Positions 1-12,600 of a stretch of DNA of 64,000 bases are shown one piece after another. The notes beneath the pieces are model-generated. The model did not search any database. It was given only the letters and a program-made list of their open reading frames with translations, and was not told the origin of the DNA. This DNA is from Tubiluchus corallicola. Its lineage: Eukaryota > Animalia > Priapulida. The DNA lies in NCBI GenBank assembly GCA_030141605.1, contig JAQGDQ010000630.1, forward strand, positions 59,232-123,231, given 5' to 3'. Each line of letters opens with the position of its first letter. The stretch's first letter is position 1. A program made the translations under genes and the position numbers.

Positions 1-483
1 GCCAGTAAAACACGCATATGCAAGGCCAGTGTAAAGCTTCCCACGGAAGCCGACAGGCAGCAGCACCTGCACAACATTGGCGATTTCCATTTTCTGATCG
101 AGTGCTCCGTCGCTAGTTTATTTACCGGTATTATATAAATTTTAACTTAATTTCACTTACATTAAAATAAATTACAGTAATGTTTGTTAATTTTGTGAAG
201 TAATGTCAAGATGCGAGCATTTTCTGATGTAAAGTATCACAGTATGAGTGTTCATTCAGTCCAGCATATAATGAAGGATCATTTCTTTAGATATTTGTAT
301 TGTAGACGACTCTTTAACGACATCTCCCAAAAACATATCTTAAGCATAAGTCGACCTTAAATATTTCACCTTAAAATCGCCTCCCAAAAATTCGACTTAA
401 CATATCTTAAGTATAAGTTGGCCCTAAAAATTTCACCTTAAAATCGCCTCCCAAAAATTCGACTTGTACATAAGTATATACTG
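1..483. mobile_element. Right end of a Tc1/pogo-like non-autonomous element
   Basis: Ends GACTTGTACATAAGTATATACTG|TA, similar to the terminus of the 14213-14771 element; carries an internal tandem duplication (about 320-470). Confidence 0.45.
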
Positions 484-788
484 TAAGTTAGCAAAGTTAA
501 GTTATAACAGCTAACAGCATTTCTTCTTGTTTGATGGGATCACTGTCTGTTAATAGAATGTTGAGTTTTGGTTATTTAAGTATCAAATACAGCACACTTT
601 AGTTTCAGTTTACCACAAACACAGAAAGAAAGTGCTCTAACTAGAAAGATTTTCTGACACTTGCTGATGTTTTGGGGATTAGAAAGGAAGCCATGAAGTT
701 TAATAAAATTAGTGTCAAATTTTCTGTTACGATTATCTCTTTGTACCAAAGAAAACTTGTTTTTATGTTGAATTTTTGACCTTTAAAT

Positions 789-1247
789 CAGGGGCGTGCA
801 AATTATCTGACTAGCCGGGCCACATTAAACATTCCCGCAATTCTTGGGGGCCACATGCAGTTTGATCAAGGAGCCAAGTACAGTAGGACCTAATAACGAT
901 TTTTTGCATCCGATTTGCGCTACTACACTCAAGAAACTATTTTAGAAGTTATTAAAATTTTATATTACAAACCATATATTTCTACTTTCGGGACAGATAG
1001 TGGTAATTTCATTACAATGCATATTAGTAATGTGTATCACACAGTCTGTGTAGTACAGTGACATTAAGTGACAACCGTGTTTTAAGGGTGAATGCCATCC
1101 GATCAAGAGGAAAAAACTACCCGCACTATCTTTGCAATATTGGTGCAGACTTCAGCTGGTTTGCGTGGGCCGCACTTTCATTACGTTGGCAAACCTCTTC
1201 GCGGGCCGCACAAGATCTCTCGGCGGGCCGCAGTTTGCACACCCCTG
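789..1247 (+). mobile_element. hAT (Buster-type) MITE, family A copy 1
   Basis: TIR CAGGGGYGTGCAAA..TTTGCACACCCCTG; 8-bp TSD CTTTAAAT on both sides. Confidence 0.9.
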
Positions 1248-1499
1248 CTTTAAATAATCCATGCCAGCAGAATCTGGCCTGCTTGTGAAAATATCAGTAA
1301 TACTGAATGTAACACGACCGATCGTTTTATTAAAAGAACTACTACATGTAATAAAAAAGATGATTGCCTATTTAATGGTTTATGGTGCTGTGGATCTTGT
1401 TTAATTCTCATGTCATATCGTTCTTTGAGGGAGGCAAGGTCTAGTGAAGACGATACACAACAGCCGGCATATATTGAAGTGCTTTCAACAATACAAATA

Positions 1500-2829
1500 C
1501 AGTAGGCGCCGCTTAATGGACTCACTTTGGGACTGAAGTGTTTTGACCCAGTTAACCGAGTGAACCTATTAACCGATGGGTGTAGTATTACTGGTATAGA
1601 AGTATGACTATATCAGCTCAATATGCATTGCAAAGGTTTTTAATGAATTTTAGAAAATAATTAATGCCTAAATTCCTTTGTGCAGTTAAAAATTAGAAAA
1701 AAATATTGTAAAATATTAGTTTATATCAGTGAATTAGTTAGCAATAAATTAAAAAGCATACTTTTCTACATTATTCTAAACTACGGTGCTTAAACTGTTG
1801 GGGGTGCACGTGTTTCCCCGCAAGTAATTTGTCTGTAGTTTGGCCTAAGCTCCCGCTTGCCATAATTGTGACTTACTGTACTGTACCTGCATCTCAGGCA
1901 CAACAGCAACATCTAACTGATTAAACATTCTGGCAAAGACAAGGAGAACCAGAGCTTCAAAAGCAAACAGCTAAACAAGTAATTAAATGTTTGGCTTCCA
2001 GGAATTCTCGGATAACGAGGTTAATTGCAGTGGACGGGTGGGTCAAAGCAAACCATTAGGCTAGCATAATTAGCCCCTATGCTAAACGTTCCTCCTTGTG
2101 CACAAAACTGTAGTTAACGTGATTATTTCTATGTATGTTATAGGACAAAAGCGAACTAAGATGATATAAAAGCCATAAAAACTTATTGGTCACAAAAAAG
2201 TGTCTTATTGAAACGTGTGAAGCAAAAATTTTGAGTCAATTACCGACAGTTTTAAAGCACATTTGAATAGAAGTGACACGTACTAGGCGTTTTTTTGAGT
2301 CAATTAAGCGATTGAGTCAGGGATGAGAATGACAAATTGCAAAAAACTCTGAAACAGGCCGGGTTTTGGGGACCGCGTAGGCCCCCATGGGAGTTCAAGG
2401 GGCGAAGCAACAAATTGCAATTTTGTGATGATAGAGAGCCTCTAAGTGGACTTAAAATATCAGTTACCTTGTTTCATGCATAATTTCAAATACCCAACTA
2501 TCAAGGATACATGATACCTAATTGTCTCAAAAACGCCTAAGTACTGACCGCTGCTATGCAAACGTATATAAAAACTGTCTGCAATTGACTCAAATAACTC
2601 CGCACAATTGATTCTATATTTTTATACATAGATGTACGTGATGTAAACGCAGTGACGGCCTGCCAACTAGCGGTCAGCTTGGGAAATAATGTACTGGGTC
2701 CGTAAAAATTTTCTCAACGAATTTATGCGATTTACAAAAATGGCACTACTGGTCTTCCAAAAACCCGGAATTCCACGTTCCGCGGAAAATTCTCATCCCT
2801 GGATTGAGTCTACTAAGCGGCGCCTATTG
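1500..2829. mobile_element. Tc1/mariner(pogo)-type non-autonomous element hosting a nested hAT MITE
   Basis: TA|CAGTAGGCGCCGCTTA..TAAGCGGCGCCTATTG|TA inverted termini with TA TSD. Confidence 0.75.
2318..2801 (+). mobile_element. hAT MITE family B copy 1 (nested)
   Basis: TIR CAGGGATGAGAAT..ATTCTCATCCCTG; TSD GATTGAGT; second copy at 26419-26928. Confidence 0.88.
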
Positions 2830-3773
2830 TACATCTTAAGTGATATTATAATTGGTCTTGGGAACTGAAGAAATAGCTTAGAGTCGACTGAAATACAAGT
2901 TCAATGATTATGTATCATATGATGGTCGACATAAAGACTTCGCAATTACAAATGAAGTTAGCTAAATCCATACCAAGCAAATGTAGTGTAAAAGTACTGT
3001 ATGTAAAATGCTACTGATGTTTAGTATTGCGTTATGATTCATGCTTTGCTTGTATAAAAAAACTCAGACAATTTGTGGGTTATTTTAAAACTTATCAATA
3101 AAATTAACGGACACTCAGTATTACACACAACTGGTTACAGTATTGTTTAAATCAATTAAAAAAGTTTTGAATCGCACGTGACTGAATTCGCATTGTTAGC
3201 ACGTGGTCGATGAAGGAACGATAAGTACGAATTGAAACGGTTCATAATTTTGAACAAAACTAGCCATTAAAAGTAGCAGTTTTTGCATCTGTAAACAAGT
3301 TCTCTCGGTAAATGTTAGGAACCACTTTCTTTCAGTGCAGCAAGATAAAGTACCCAAACAACATCATGCACACATCAACTAAACTCTATTAGTATGGCAC
3401 TTCAGCATCATATAGTTATGCTCTGCCCGCAGAGGTGGTGCTGCCCTCTGATGTGAAATAGCATCAGACACATTAAATTTAAATGCCCAGCTTTAGCAAT
3501 TCGTGGCAAGCTAGCAGAAAAAGCGAAATCTTCGATCGTTGATTTCAAAAAGCTCAAACTATTCGCGTTTTTGCTGCTATTGAATACAGCACACCCTGGC
3601 TGCCAAATGGGTTTCATTACACGGAAGTTTCATTCGGAAGAATCAAGTAAAGCCGTACATAAAATTGCAATGATAACTGCTGTAAAATTTCCACTCGGTT
3701 TCAAACACAACTGTCAACAAATTCACACTCCCATCCGTGAACAGTGACTGTGTGTCTTCTTAACTCAATACAG

Positions 3774-4269
3774 TAGGGGTGTGCAAATTATCTGACTAGC
3801 CGGGCCACATTAAACTTTCCCGCAATTCCTGCAGGCCACAGGCAGGGAGCCAAGTACAGAAAGGCCTAATAATGATTTTTTGCATCCGACCTGCGTACAT
3901 CATTACTACTATACTCAAGTAACTATTTCAGAAGTTATTAAAATTTATATTACAAACCATATATTTCTACTTTCAGGACAGATAGTGGTAATTTCATTAC
4001 AATGCATATTAGTAATGTGAATCACACAGTCTGTGTAGTACAGTGACATTAAGCTACAACCGTCTTGTAAGGGCTAATGGCATCCGATCTAGTAGAAAAA
4101 ACTACCCGCACTATCTTTGGGATCGTGGCACGGACTTCAGCTGGATACACTCAATTAATCGCGCGGGTCGCACTTTCATTAGGTTGACAAATCTCTTCGC
4201 GGGCCGCACAAATTCTCTCGGTGGGCCGCAATTTGCAAGTGGCCTCGGGCCGCAATTTGCACACCCCTG
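3774..4269 (+). mobile_element. hAT MITE family A copy 2
   Basis: Same TIR and body as copy 1; TSD CAATACAG. Confidence 0.9.
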
Positions 4270-4573
4270 CAATACAGGTCGCTGGAGTAAATTGTGGGCA
4301 TTTACATTGCTGCTAATTTCACAATAATTTGGCCCCGTTCACGGGGTCAAAACTTTGAGGTGCGCACCATAGAAATGACATTCCAATGCTGCTAAAGATT
4401 CTCAGTATAAAAGCAACAACACATTTAAAATCTTTAAAATCTCGCAGTTTAAATATTGCATGTCTCACTTTATAGGTAGCAAAACACGGAAATGACGATG
4501 TCACAATTGTTAACAACCTCTGAATGGGAAAGTGATGAACTTTTCCTAGCGAAATCCGGTACCGCAGTGGACA

Positions 4574-7500
4574 TCAGCTTTGCAAAAGCGGCTTTATATA
4601 TTTAACCTTTTTTGTCCTGTACGTTTTCGGAGCGATCAGTCTTAACACGTGGTGCGTCACGACGGCGGTCATTCCCCAGATTTTGTGCTTCGTGCCGTGA
4701 AACACGGGCAGCGAGTAGCCGCCGTACGAACGGAACTGCGTGTGCCGGTGCTGTGAAGCGTCGCACAGGCTTTCTATGCTCTCCACGAAAACCTCATCGA
4801 CCTGAGATGGAAAAATTGACATTATTTACGTAAATTATGCATTGAAGTAACTGCTTAACTTCTGACTGCAATATAAAAATAACTTTACAATCTAAAGAAA
4901 GATACAGTCAACCTCGGGTATAAGGTACTCGCTTATAAGGGACTACCAACACTGGTCCCGATTTTTCGTAACGTTCCTATGTAAAAATCTTAGTATATAA
5001 GGTACTCGGATATAAGAGACTTTCGGTTACAAGGGACAATATCTTCAGGTCCCACGTAATAGAAGCCCAGGTAAATTACCTCGTATATAAGCAGGGTGCA
5101 TAAGATTATGGATATGTATAAAATAAATAAAATAGCTTATTTTATGGATTTTTGCAATTTTATTTTATGGATACCAATAAAATAAAAAATAGACTATATC
5201 TGTCCCAGGGGGAAATCAATTAAAAAGTAAAAACAGGAGGCTTGAAACGTGTTTTTAAACACGCAGGACTTAGTTTTAATTTTATCGGTTTCATATCACT
5301 TCAAATTTAATCAAATTTTACAAGACAATGGCTGGGTCTCTCTCAGTTATTTTCATACCGAACTCCAGGTCATGCTTTGAAACTTCGCCATCTTAATAAC
5401 AAAAAGACAATGAGAAAAAAACAATGTAAAATAGCAAATCCGGAAATGCGCTTTTGTTGGTTTGTTTTCTTTCTCTTTCTCTCCTTCTAACGTTCGTTTT
5501 CAGTGTTGCCAATGCTTACAACTCGTTACTTTGTACAAAAAATCACAAAAAAAAACATTTTTTTATTTTATGCATTTCTTATTTTATGGATTTTTCAAAT
5601 TTTATTTTATGGATTTTTGGTCTTATTTTATGGATATCCATAATCTTATGCAGCCTTCATATAAGGGATCAATTTTTAACCACAATTCCTTCGAACAGCT
5701 CGGTTTCCGCGGTCACATACATCTCGCATCACTGAATGAGCTTTCTACATACCGTTTGCACTGAATGTGTGACAATAATCCACAAAAATATGGGTAAAAG
5801 TACAGGTCTAGATGCATCCTTGGTCTTACTCAACTTTGGCTATAAGAGACGTTTTTCCGATTCCGAGGTGTCCCTTATATCCGAGGTTGACTGTATTTAC
5901 GTAAATTATGCATTGAAGTAACTGATTAACTTCAGACTACAATATAAAAATAACTTTACAATCTAAAATAAAGAAAATAATATAGATAATAGTAAAATAA
6001 TAACACAGTTATACAAAAATATTTATCATTCACAGTAACGTTAGTATTTAATACAAATGAGACCAAATGAATGTGAATCTTAATTCACCTCACAGACATA
6101 GACATTGCCTTTCTCACTGACAGCAACAATGTGTCAACAAAGCAAAAACGATGATACGATTGACGCCCACGGAAAAAATAATAAACAGAAAGTTGTACTT
6201 AGCTTCAATACAAAGTCAATGTATGATAATGTACAAAAGGAAAACAAGTTCATGGTTTATGCGAAATGTGTGAAATTTTGTCAGTTTTGGTGAAAATTAA
6301 CGACAAAAACTAGGTAAAGAACACAGAGCTTGCACCAATTTGCTGACCACATAATTAGTGTTCAGTGGTCAAATATAGTGACAAAAAACAATGCCAATGA
6401 CCAGGGTGCATAAGATTATGGATATGTATAAAATAAATAAAATAGCTTATTTTGTGGATTTTTGAAATTTTATTTTATGGATATCAATAAAATAAGAAAT
6501 AGACTATATCTGGAATGAGATGCCCAGGGGGAAATCAATTAAAAAGTAAAAACAGGAGGCTTGAAACGTGTTTTTAAACACGCTGGACTTAGTTTTAATT
6601 TTATCGGTTTCATATCACTTCGAATTTAATCAAATTTTACGAGACAATGCCTTGTAATTCATCACTTCAGTTTAAATAATTAATCTATTTGGTACGAATG
6701 TAGAATGCCCTCTAGGCTGAAGTTTCCGATCCAATGCCTGTATTCAGTTTTGATTGCCTTATTTTGTACAAAAAATCACAAAAAAAATATTTTTTTATTT
6801 TATGCATTTCTTATTATATGGATTTTTCAAATTTTATGTTATGGATTTTTGGTCTTACTTTATGGATATCCATAATCTTATGCAGCCTGCCAATGACTCA
6901 GCAGCTTTGGTGTAAAAAACCAAAATAACATTTAATGTAATTGCAGAATGTATTGTGCTGCCATCTTGCAATGTTGATCGCAATTTTATTTTACTTACTT
7001 CATCTTTATTATAAGTCAAGCAGTCGGGCTCAACACTTCCTATATATGCTAACACCGGGTGAACAACAATTGCCCCATCCTAGAAAAAGTGAAAATCTCT
7101 GTCAACCAACTGGCAGAGAGACACTATATAGAAAATCGACAAACGTGGAGGACACAATATGGAGATAACTCACGTGACAATAACTGGAAAATATATAAGA
7201 AATTGTATCCTTAATCGGAAAATTTGAAAAGTCATATTGCTATTTCCAAATAAAGTGTAAATAAAGTTTTTGTCATACAGTCTAGCCTCGTTATCTCGCC
7301 CCTCGTTATGCCGCCAAACTCGTCTCTCGCCATAGAAAGTACCAGGACGGATTTCCTGCTTTGATATTTACCTCGTTAAGTCGCCACCCTCGCTTCTCGC
7401 CCTTGCCATGTCATGCTAGGATGAGTGCTTATGTAAACTATATTCGTTATGTCGCCAAACAGACAAACTCAGAGGTGAATCGATCAATACATATACCGCG

Positions 7501-10500
7501 TGTCGATCAATATAACCGCGGTATGTAGACAATGCTGCTGTACTCGATAGACAGACATAATTAATCTAGTGTGTGTCTCACCAGGATTAGAATAGGAGTG
7601 CTAGAGTGTTCTAGAACAATACAGAAAACTGACAGTCTGTAAATTATTGCCAATTGTCAAGGAAACTTTACATTGATTGATCTTTGAAAAAGTATGCATA
7701 GAGATTACGTGGATATGAAACAATCACGGTGAAATTCATTAAAAACAAACAACACGAACCCATGTTAACAGCTTGTGCAATTGACCCCACAAATCTATGT
7801 TGACAAGATTGGGATTTATTCCTATTTCTTCTTCCGCTTCCCGGATCGCGGTGTGTATCAAACTCGGGTCTGTTGCATCGTATTTTCCACCCGGAAAACT
7901 GTAATAAACGCACAGAGTTATAACTGTCAGTGAATAAAACTAATGTTACAACAAAACAAAATAAACAGTTTCACTGTACCATTAATTAGTGTTGCTCCGG
8001 ATACACTTTTTTGCCGGATAGCGAATACCGGATATCATCGGATATTTCCTCAAAGTGACTTACGGATTTGGATTATAACCGGATAGGTTAGCTAAATTCG
8101 ATTCGAATATGCGGATCAGTTCGGATAATGAAAAATTAGTAAATGTTTGTAAACTTTAGTGTTTTCATTTAGTCTGTCAAAAAAGACTATCATCTTAAAA
8201 GACCTTGCCCGAAGATACACCATATTGCCGCACACAAACGAAAAAAGATGTGTGTAAATTTTTTTGTCTTGAAAACACAAACATGGGCTAAAACAATCTC
8301 TAAGTTTTTTGGAAATATTTTATTTATTTATTTTCAGCTGTTAACGAAAACCGGATAGCGAATATTTTCGAATATCAAATTTTTATAACTACCGGATAAT
8401 ATCAGATACGAATACTTGTAGAATCTCGCAAGTATCGCCATTTTCGGATACGAATCGGATATCCGGAGCAACACTACCATTACTAAGTGACTCTAATTGA
8501 TTGTGCGTTGCTAGTGTGCGATTTGTCAGGTCAAGCCGATAGCTCAATAGGCAGAGCACCAGCTGTTTAAACAGGAAGTTCTGGGTTCAAATCCTGGTTG
8601 CTCCACAATTTTTCAGCACCATCTTTCAATTAATTAGGTGTTAGGCAGAGCATCAGCTGTTTAAACAGGAAGTTCTGGGTTCAGATCCCGGTTGCTCCAC
8701 ATTTTTTCAGCACCATCTTTCAATTAATTAGCTGTTAGGCGAATGATCGATTATAGATATATCCATTGGTTTATTAGTTTACTGAACGTATCTCATGATT
8801 ACAGTGAAGAATTTAAAACACGGTACAACACAATCGATAGTTTCACAATAAAAGTACTTAATACGATGAGATGCACTTGTGAAACAACTCAGACTACAAA
8901 ACAAAAAGCAGAAATGTAAAAAAACCACAAATACTAACATTTCGATCTCAATAAAACACTTTCCTGTATAGTTAAATATTTAACTTTACCAGACGGTTTA
9001 GTCTAGCGGTAACGCGTCTGCTTTCCGTCTGGGAGGTCGTGAGTTCGAACCAGCGGCCGGGTCATACCAAAGACTTTAAAAATGGTGCCTGCTTTGCCCT
9101 GCCTGACGCGTGGTATTTAGGGTAAAAGTGGGTTAATAATAGTCTCTGTTATGTAGTTGTAGGTTGTCATCTACAGTCGGCGATAATAGCTCTTTGAGCT
9201 AATGTTAATTGTTCACCCAAAAGCAAACTTTAAATAAATAAATAGAGATTATTATTATTATTATCATTATTATTATTAAATGCATTAATGGTTGTAATAT
9301 GTTATGAATTCACCCACACCAAAATAACCTACTTGTTGTTGAATACAATGTTGATTTTTGTGAAAATTGGTCATCATCAATGTTTACGAAAAAAGTAAGA
9401 ACAGGAGGTTACTTTTTTCCATCGTATTTGCTCCGTGTGATTGTTTAAATTTCTAAAATGTTTACCTAAACGTTGTGTTTTTTGAAGTTCTAGAGAACTT
9501 ATTGCAAGTACCGTATTTTAGGGAGACAGATAATTCTCCGTAACAATAGGGACTGTGCAATTATCTGATCGTACAAAATGCAAGACTTATTTGGAAATAA
9601 ATCCCAATTTATGGGAACACAGAGTTATCTGAGCACAAATGTATAATCATCACAAGAATAAGGATCTCATCACACAATCTAGCTATAGAAGCAGGTCGTT
9701 GGGCAAATGTACCTCGTGAGCGCAGGCTGTGTCTTTGTGGAGAAATTCAGACAGAAGAGCATTTTTTGTGCGAGTGCCATGAAAATGCACTTTATAGATC
9801 ACAGTACGAGTTAAATTATAGTAATATTGCAAATTTATTTGATGGAGAATTAATGTCAATTGGAAATTTCATTTTCAAAATAGTATAGCTTTGTTAGCGG
9901 GCACCTTACCGCATCACTGTGATTATCATATAGGTAAAATATTTGTTTATCACATGTGTACAAATGCTTAGTAAATAGTTTTTTCGCTTCATAGAGTTTA
10001 TAACTAAATTTGTATATCTGTGTATATACCTTGTGCAGCTATGTTGAGTCAAATTGTTAGCATGATCTGGAAATCATTACCCGAGCTCTGCCCGCTGATA
10101 AAACCATCGGGTATGCGTCGAGTTTGTAATTCATGTTGGAAATTTGATTTTCAGAAATAAAATATCTATCTATAAGTGACCAAGTTACCGAAACTGACTG
10201 AACTCGTACAAGTCTAAACAAAATTAGAAGAGATAAAAGAATTATTTACCTGACTTGTGACTTGTAATTTACTAAACGACTAGACCTGAGCGTGAACAAC
10301 AAGGATGGCTTCCCGTTACAGTGACACATCGGCACAAGAACCGCTGCTTCCTTCGCCGATGAGTGCATGGCCCGTATGGATTTCAGCGGTGGAAGTTTTT
10401 CCAATTGTTTTTTTACGAGCTCTCTATTCTGAGACGAAAACACTTGCTGAATTTCCGAATTAAGACACATGTTCGCAGTCACGTGGAGCCATCTACTGAC

Positions 10501-10587
10501 ATGCGCCTGAAAGTTACCGTTTGCAAAAAGATGCGACGGGCACGAACTGCACCGAGCACATGCTAGTCCACTAGTAAGAGTATTCAT
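4574..10587 (-). CDS. NUDT8: Nudix hydrolase 8-like CoA diphosphatase, about 261 aa; exons 10250-10587, 7760-7898, 6999-7079, 4574-4801
   Basis: Four exons join in frame with GT..AG ends (786 nt). Protein has AAVLVPMC..GKPSLLFTLRSSRL..KSQV|SFPGG (CoA-Nudix motif), Nudix box GGKYDATD..TAIREAEEEIG, VHPVLAYIG..NKDE|VDEVF and YSLPVF..KIWGMTA, characteristic of NUDT8. Start codon is less certain. Confidence 0.88.
4905..5893. mobile_element. Tc1/pogo-type MITE hosting a nested hAT MITE
   Basis: TA|CAGTCAACCTCGG..CCGAGGTTGACTG|TA. Confidence 0.8.
5092..5657 (+). mobile_element. hAT MITE family C copy 1 (nested)
   Basis: TIR CAGGGTGCATAAGATTATGGATAT; TSD TATATAAG/CATATAAG. Confidence 0.82.
6402..6889 (+). 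mobile_element. hAT MITE family C copy 2
   Basis: Same termini as copy 1 with a different middle; TSD CCAATGAC. Confidence 0.85.
7278..7601 (+). mobile_element. Truncated Tc1/pogo MITE (family of 37073-37514)
   Basis: TA|CAGTCTAGCCTCGTTA.., near-identical to the left part of 37073-37514. Confidence 0.75.
7987..8476. mobile_element. hAT-type MITE
   Basis: TIR TAGTGTTGCTCCGGATA; TSD CCATTAAT/CCATTACT; many CGGATA subterminal repeats. Confidence 0.82.
8535..8740 (+). mobile_element. tRNA-derived SINE head or tRNA pseudogene with partial tandem duplication
   Basis: A box TAGCTCAATAGGCAGAGC and B box GGTTCAAATCC, but the acceptor stem does not pair; 8643-8740 repeats the 3' part. Confidence 0.6.
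8988..9278 (+). mobile_element. tRNA-derived SINE, full length, (ATT)n tail
   Basis: A box GTCTAGCGGTAA, B box GAGTTCGAACC, core GGTCATACCAAAGACTTTAAAAATGGT; further copies elsewhere in the window. Confidence 0.85.
9340..10173 (+). mobile_element. Non-LTR retrotransposon (CR1/L2 group) 3' remnant
   Basis: 9651-9780 translates RIRISSHNLAIEAGRWANVPRERRLCLCGEIQTEEHFLCEC, the Cys/His C-terminus typical of LINE ORF2; ends AATAAA plus (ATCT)n. Boundaries approximate. Confidence 0.75.
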
Positions 10588-11699
10588 ATTCCTGAGTAAT
10601 CTTATCTAGTGATAAAACAAAAACATGATAAAACACAAAGTTAGAGGATCTCGAAGATTTCAGCATATGAAGAGTACCCGTATTGCTGTTTGCCAGGAGG
10701 CAATTTTTAACACATTTAACAATAAGAACTCCATGCAGTGTCAAGCAGATGTTTAACATTTAGAACTGTATATTATTTGCAGTTATACTTTTGTGATTAA
10801 AGGAACAATTCTTAAATTAGTATAATTCAAAACATTTATATTTGTACTTACGCTCTATGCAGTATTATATGTAATTATTTTGTTGTTGTTATTTCAGCCT
10901 GATCATTGCTGCAATATGATAAATAAACCACTTTGATTTAGCAAAAACTTCCATAGTTATTTAAAAGTATGCCGCGTATTTGAGACTCGTTTATACTCGA
11001 GCTAAAATATACGGTGCAGAAACTTGATAATGAGTTGAGTTTATACTAAAATTCCTTAAATTCGAGTTACATGCAAATTATGCTATATTTAGCATGCTAG
11101 TACAATTCATTTCTTTATTATTTCTTTTTTTTTTGCTCATTTAGAATGTGAAATTTCGTTTTGGGCATTTTTCTTTTATGTTATATAGATGTAAACCAGT
11201 GCATAATTCAACATTTCATTATTTTTGATTAGTTATCGTCTGCACTGCAGAGAAATATTTATAACAGAACTGAATTGGGGTGGCTGATACGATAACGCAT
11301 GTTCTTCACCACGCCTTCCCATTTGATTGGGTATTATAATTACGCTACTAAGCTTTAATCGATGTCGTATGTGGGAAAAACAATAAATGATTTGATTTTT
11401 GATTAGTGAAAAATAATACTGTTATAAATTTAACTAAGTGGTATTTAATATTCAAAACTAGTTAGTGTGCTTTGCTTAGAGTTAAACAGGCCAATATTGT
11501 TACCCTCAAGTTTTACATAATGTTATCATACCTCAAGTTGATAAGGTCCGAGATCTAAGGGATACATATGTGATTGACAAGAATTTAAAGATCATATTGC
11601 TCTTGTTATAAAGACCGCTAACCAAAGAAACGACGTCAAAGAAACGACATCAAAGAAACGATGTCAAATTCCCCTGTTAATAAGACCACATTTGAAACT

Positions 11700-12022
11700 A
11701 CTACATATAATAATCCTAATTACTGAATAATTGTATTGTTTTGTTTAGATTTTGGTATCTAACTTTATTATTTTTTTGTTTCCAGTTCTTTTTGGATAAT
11801 TTGTATCATTTATACTGTTTTTATTTGTATATTTTTCTTATTTGTTTTTGTTATCTGCAGCATCACTGTTAATTTTTAATCTGATTAATCTATTTATAAG
11901 AAAGGGCAGGAGACTAGATGACCCTATGGTTCTTCCCTGCCCTGCTCCATGATTATAATTACTTAATATTTAAAAAAGTTTTGATGTTAAACTAATTGGA
12001 GAAAATAAATGCTCTATGTCTA
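11700..12022 (+). mobile_element. LINE (CR1/L2-like) 3' UTR remnant with stem-loop
   Basis: T-rich UTR, then GGGCAGG-AGACTAGATGACCCTATGGTTCTTC-CCTGCCC (11904-11942), then AATAAA. Boundaries approximate. Confidence 0.55.
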
Positions 12023-12289
12023 TTATTTCAATTATTAATCACTTCTTTAAGATTTCCAGCTATGTCAAGCTATGCTTTTAGGCTGAAACTGTATGCACCA
12101 AAATTATTCTGTAATGTAATTTGCACATGTATATGCTGCATTTTATAATTACTGGATCATACTGCATTTATATTTATATTTACTTCAGTGAAATTATCTG
12201 TATTTTCATTATAATTGTTAGATGCAGAGTGGAAATAAATAAACTTATAACTTATGTCATTAGAAGATCAATTGTAGGTCGTCAGTCAT

Positions 12290-12600
12290 CAGTTCATGTA
12301 CCTATCTAAAAGGCTGTAATTAGACCATTGCTGGAATATGCTGTTTTTTGGGGGCATCACAATATGTATCTTTTACATAAAAATGGAAAATTTTAAAAAA
12401 ATTGTCTCCATCTTCCTAGTGACCTCAATCTTAACAGTTTACCTTACACGAGAAAAGTAACAACTTATCTTGCCAATGTGTTTAAGACAATGAGTGAGGA
12501 CACAGTCTGGGATACGAGCGAGTTCTTTGAAAATTCTCAGAGGTACGCGGTCATGAGCGAAAAAAATAAGTTGAGTATTCAAGCATAAATTTATATGCTA
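12290..12600 (+). mobile_element. Degenerate CR1-like RT remnant
   Basis: Translates KAVIRPLLEYA (compare CR1 K.LVRP.LEY); otherwise decayed. Confidence 0.4.

Noticed and set aside
1058-1288. Recurrent MTLSYNRL.. small ORF family (also 4043, 17706, 18859)
   Set aside because: All lie inside copies of the same hAT MITE, start with GTG and have differing C-termini.
8535-8607. Functional tRNA gene
   Set aside because: A and B boxes are present but the acceptor and anticodon stems are not canonical and the 3' part is duplicated; treated as SINE or pseudogene. The same applies to tRNA-like pieces near 16530-16610, 18060-18150, 24726-24810 and 51540-51610.
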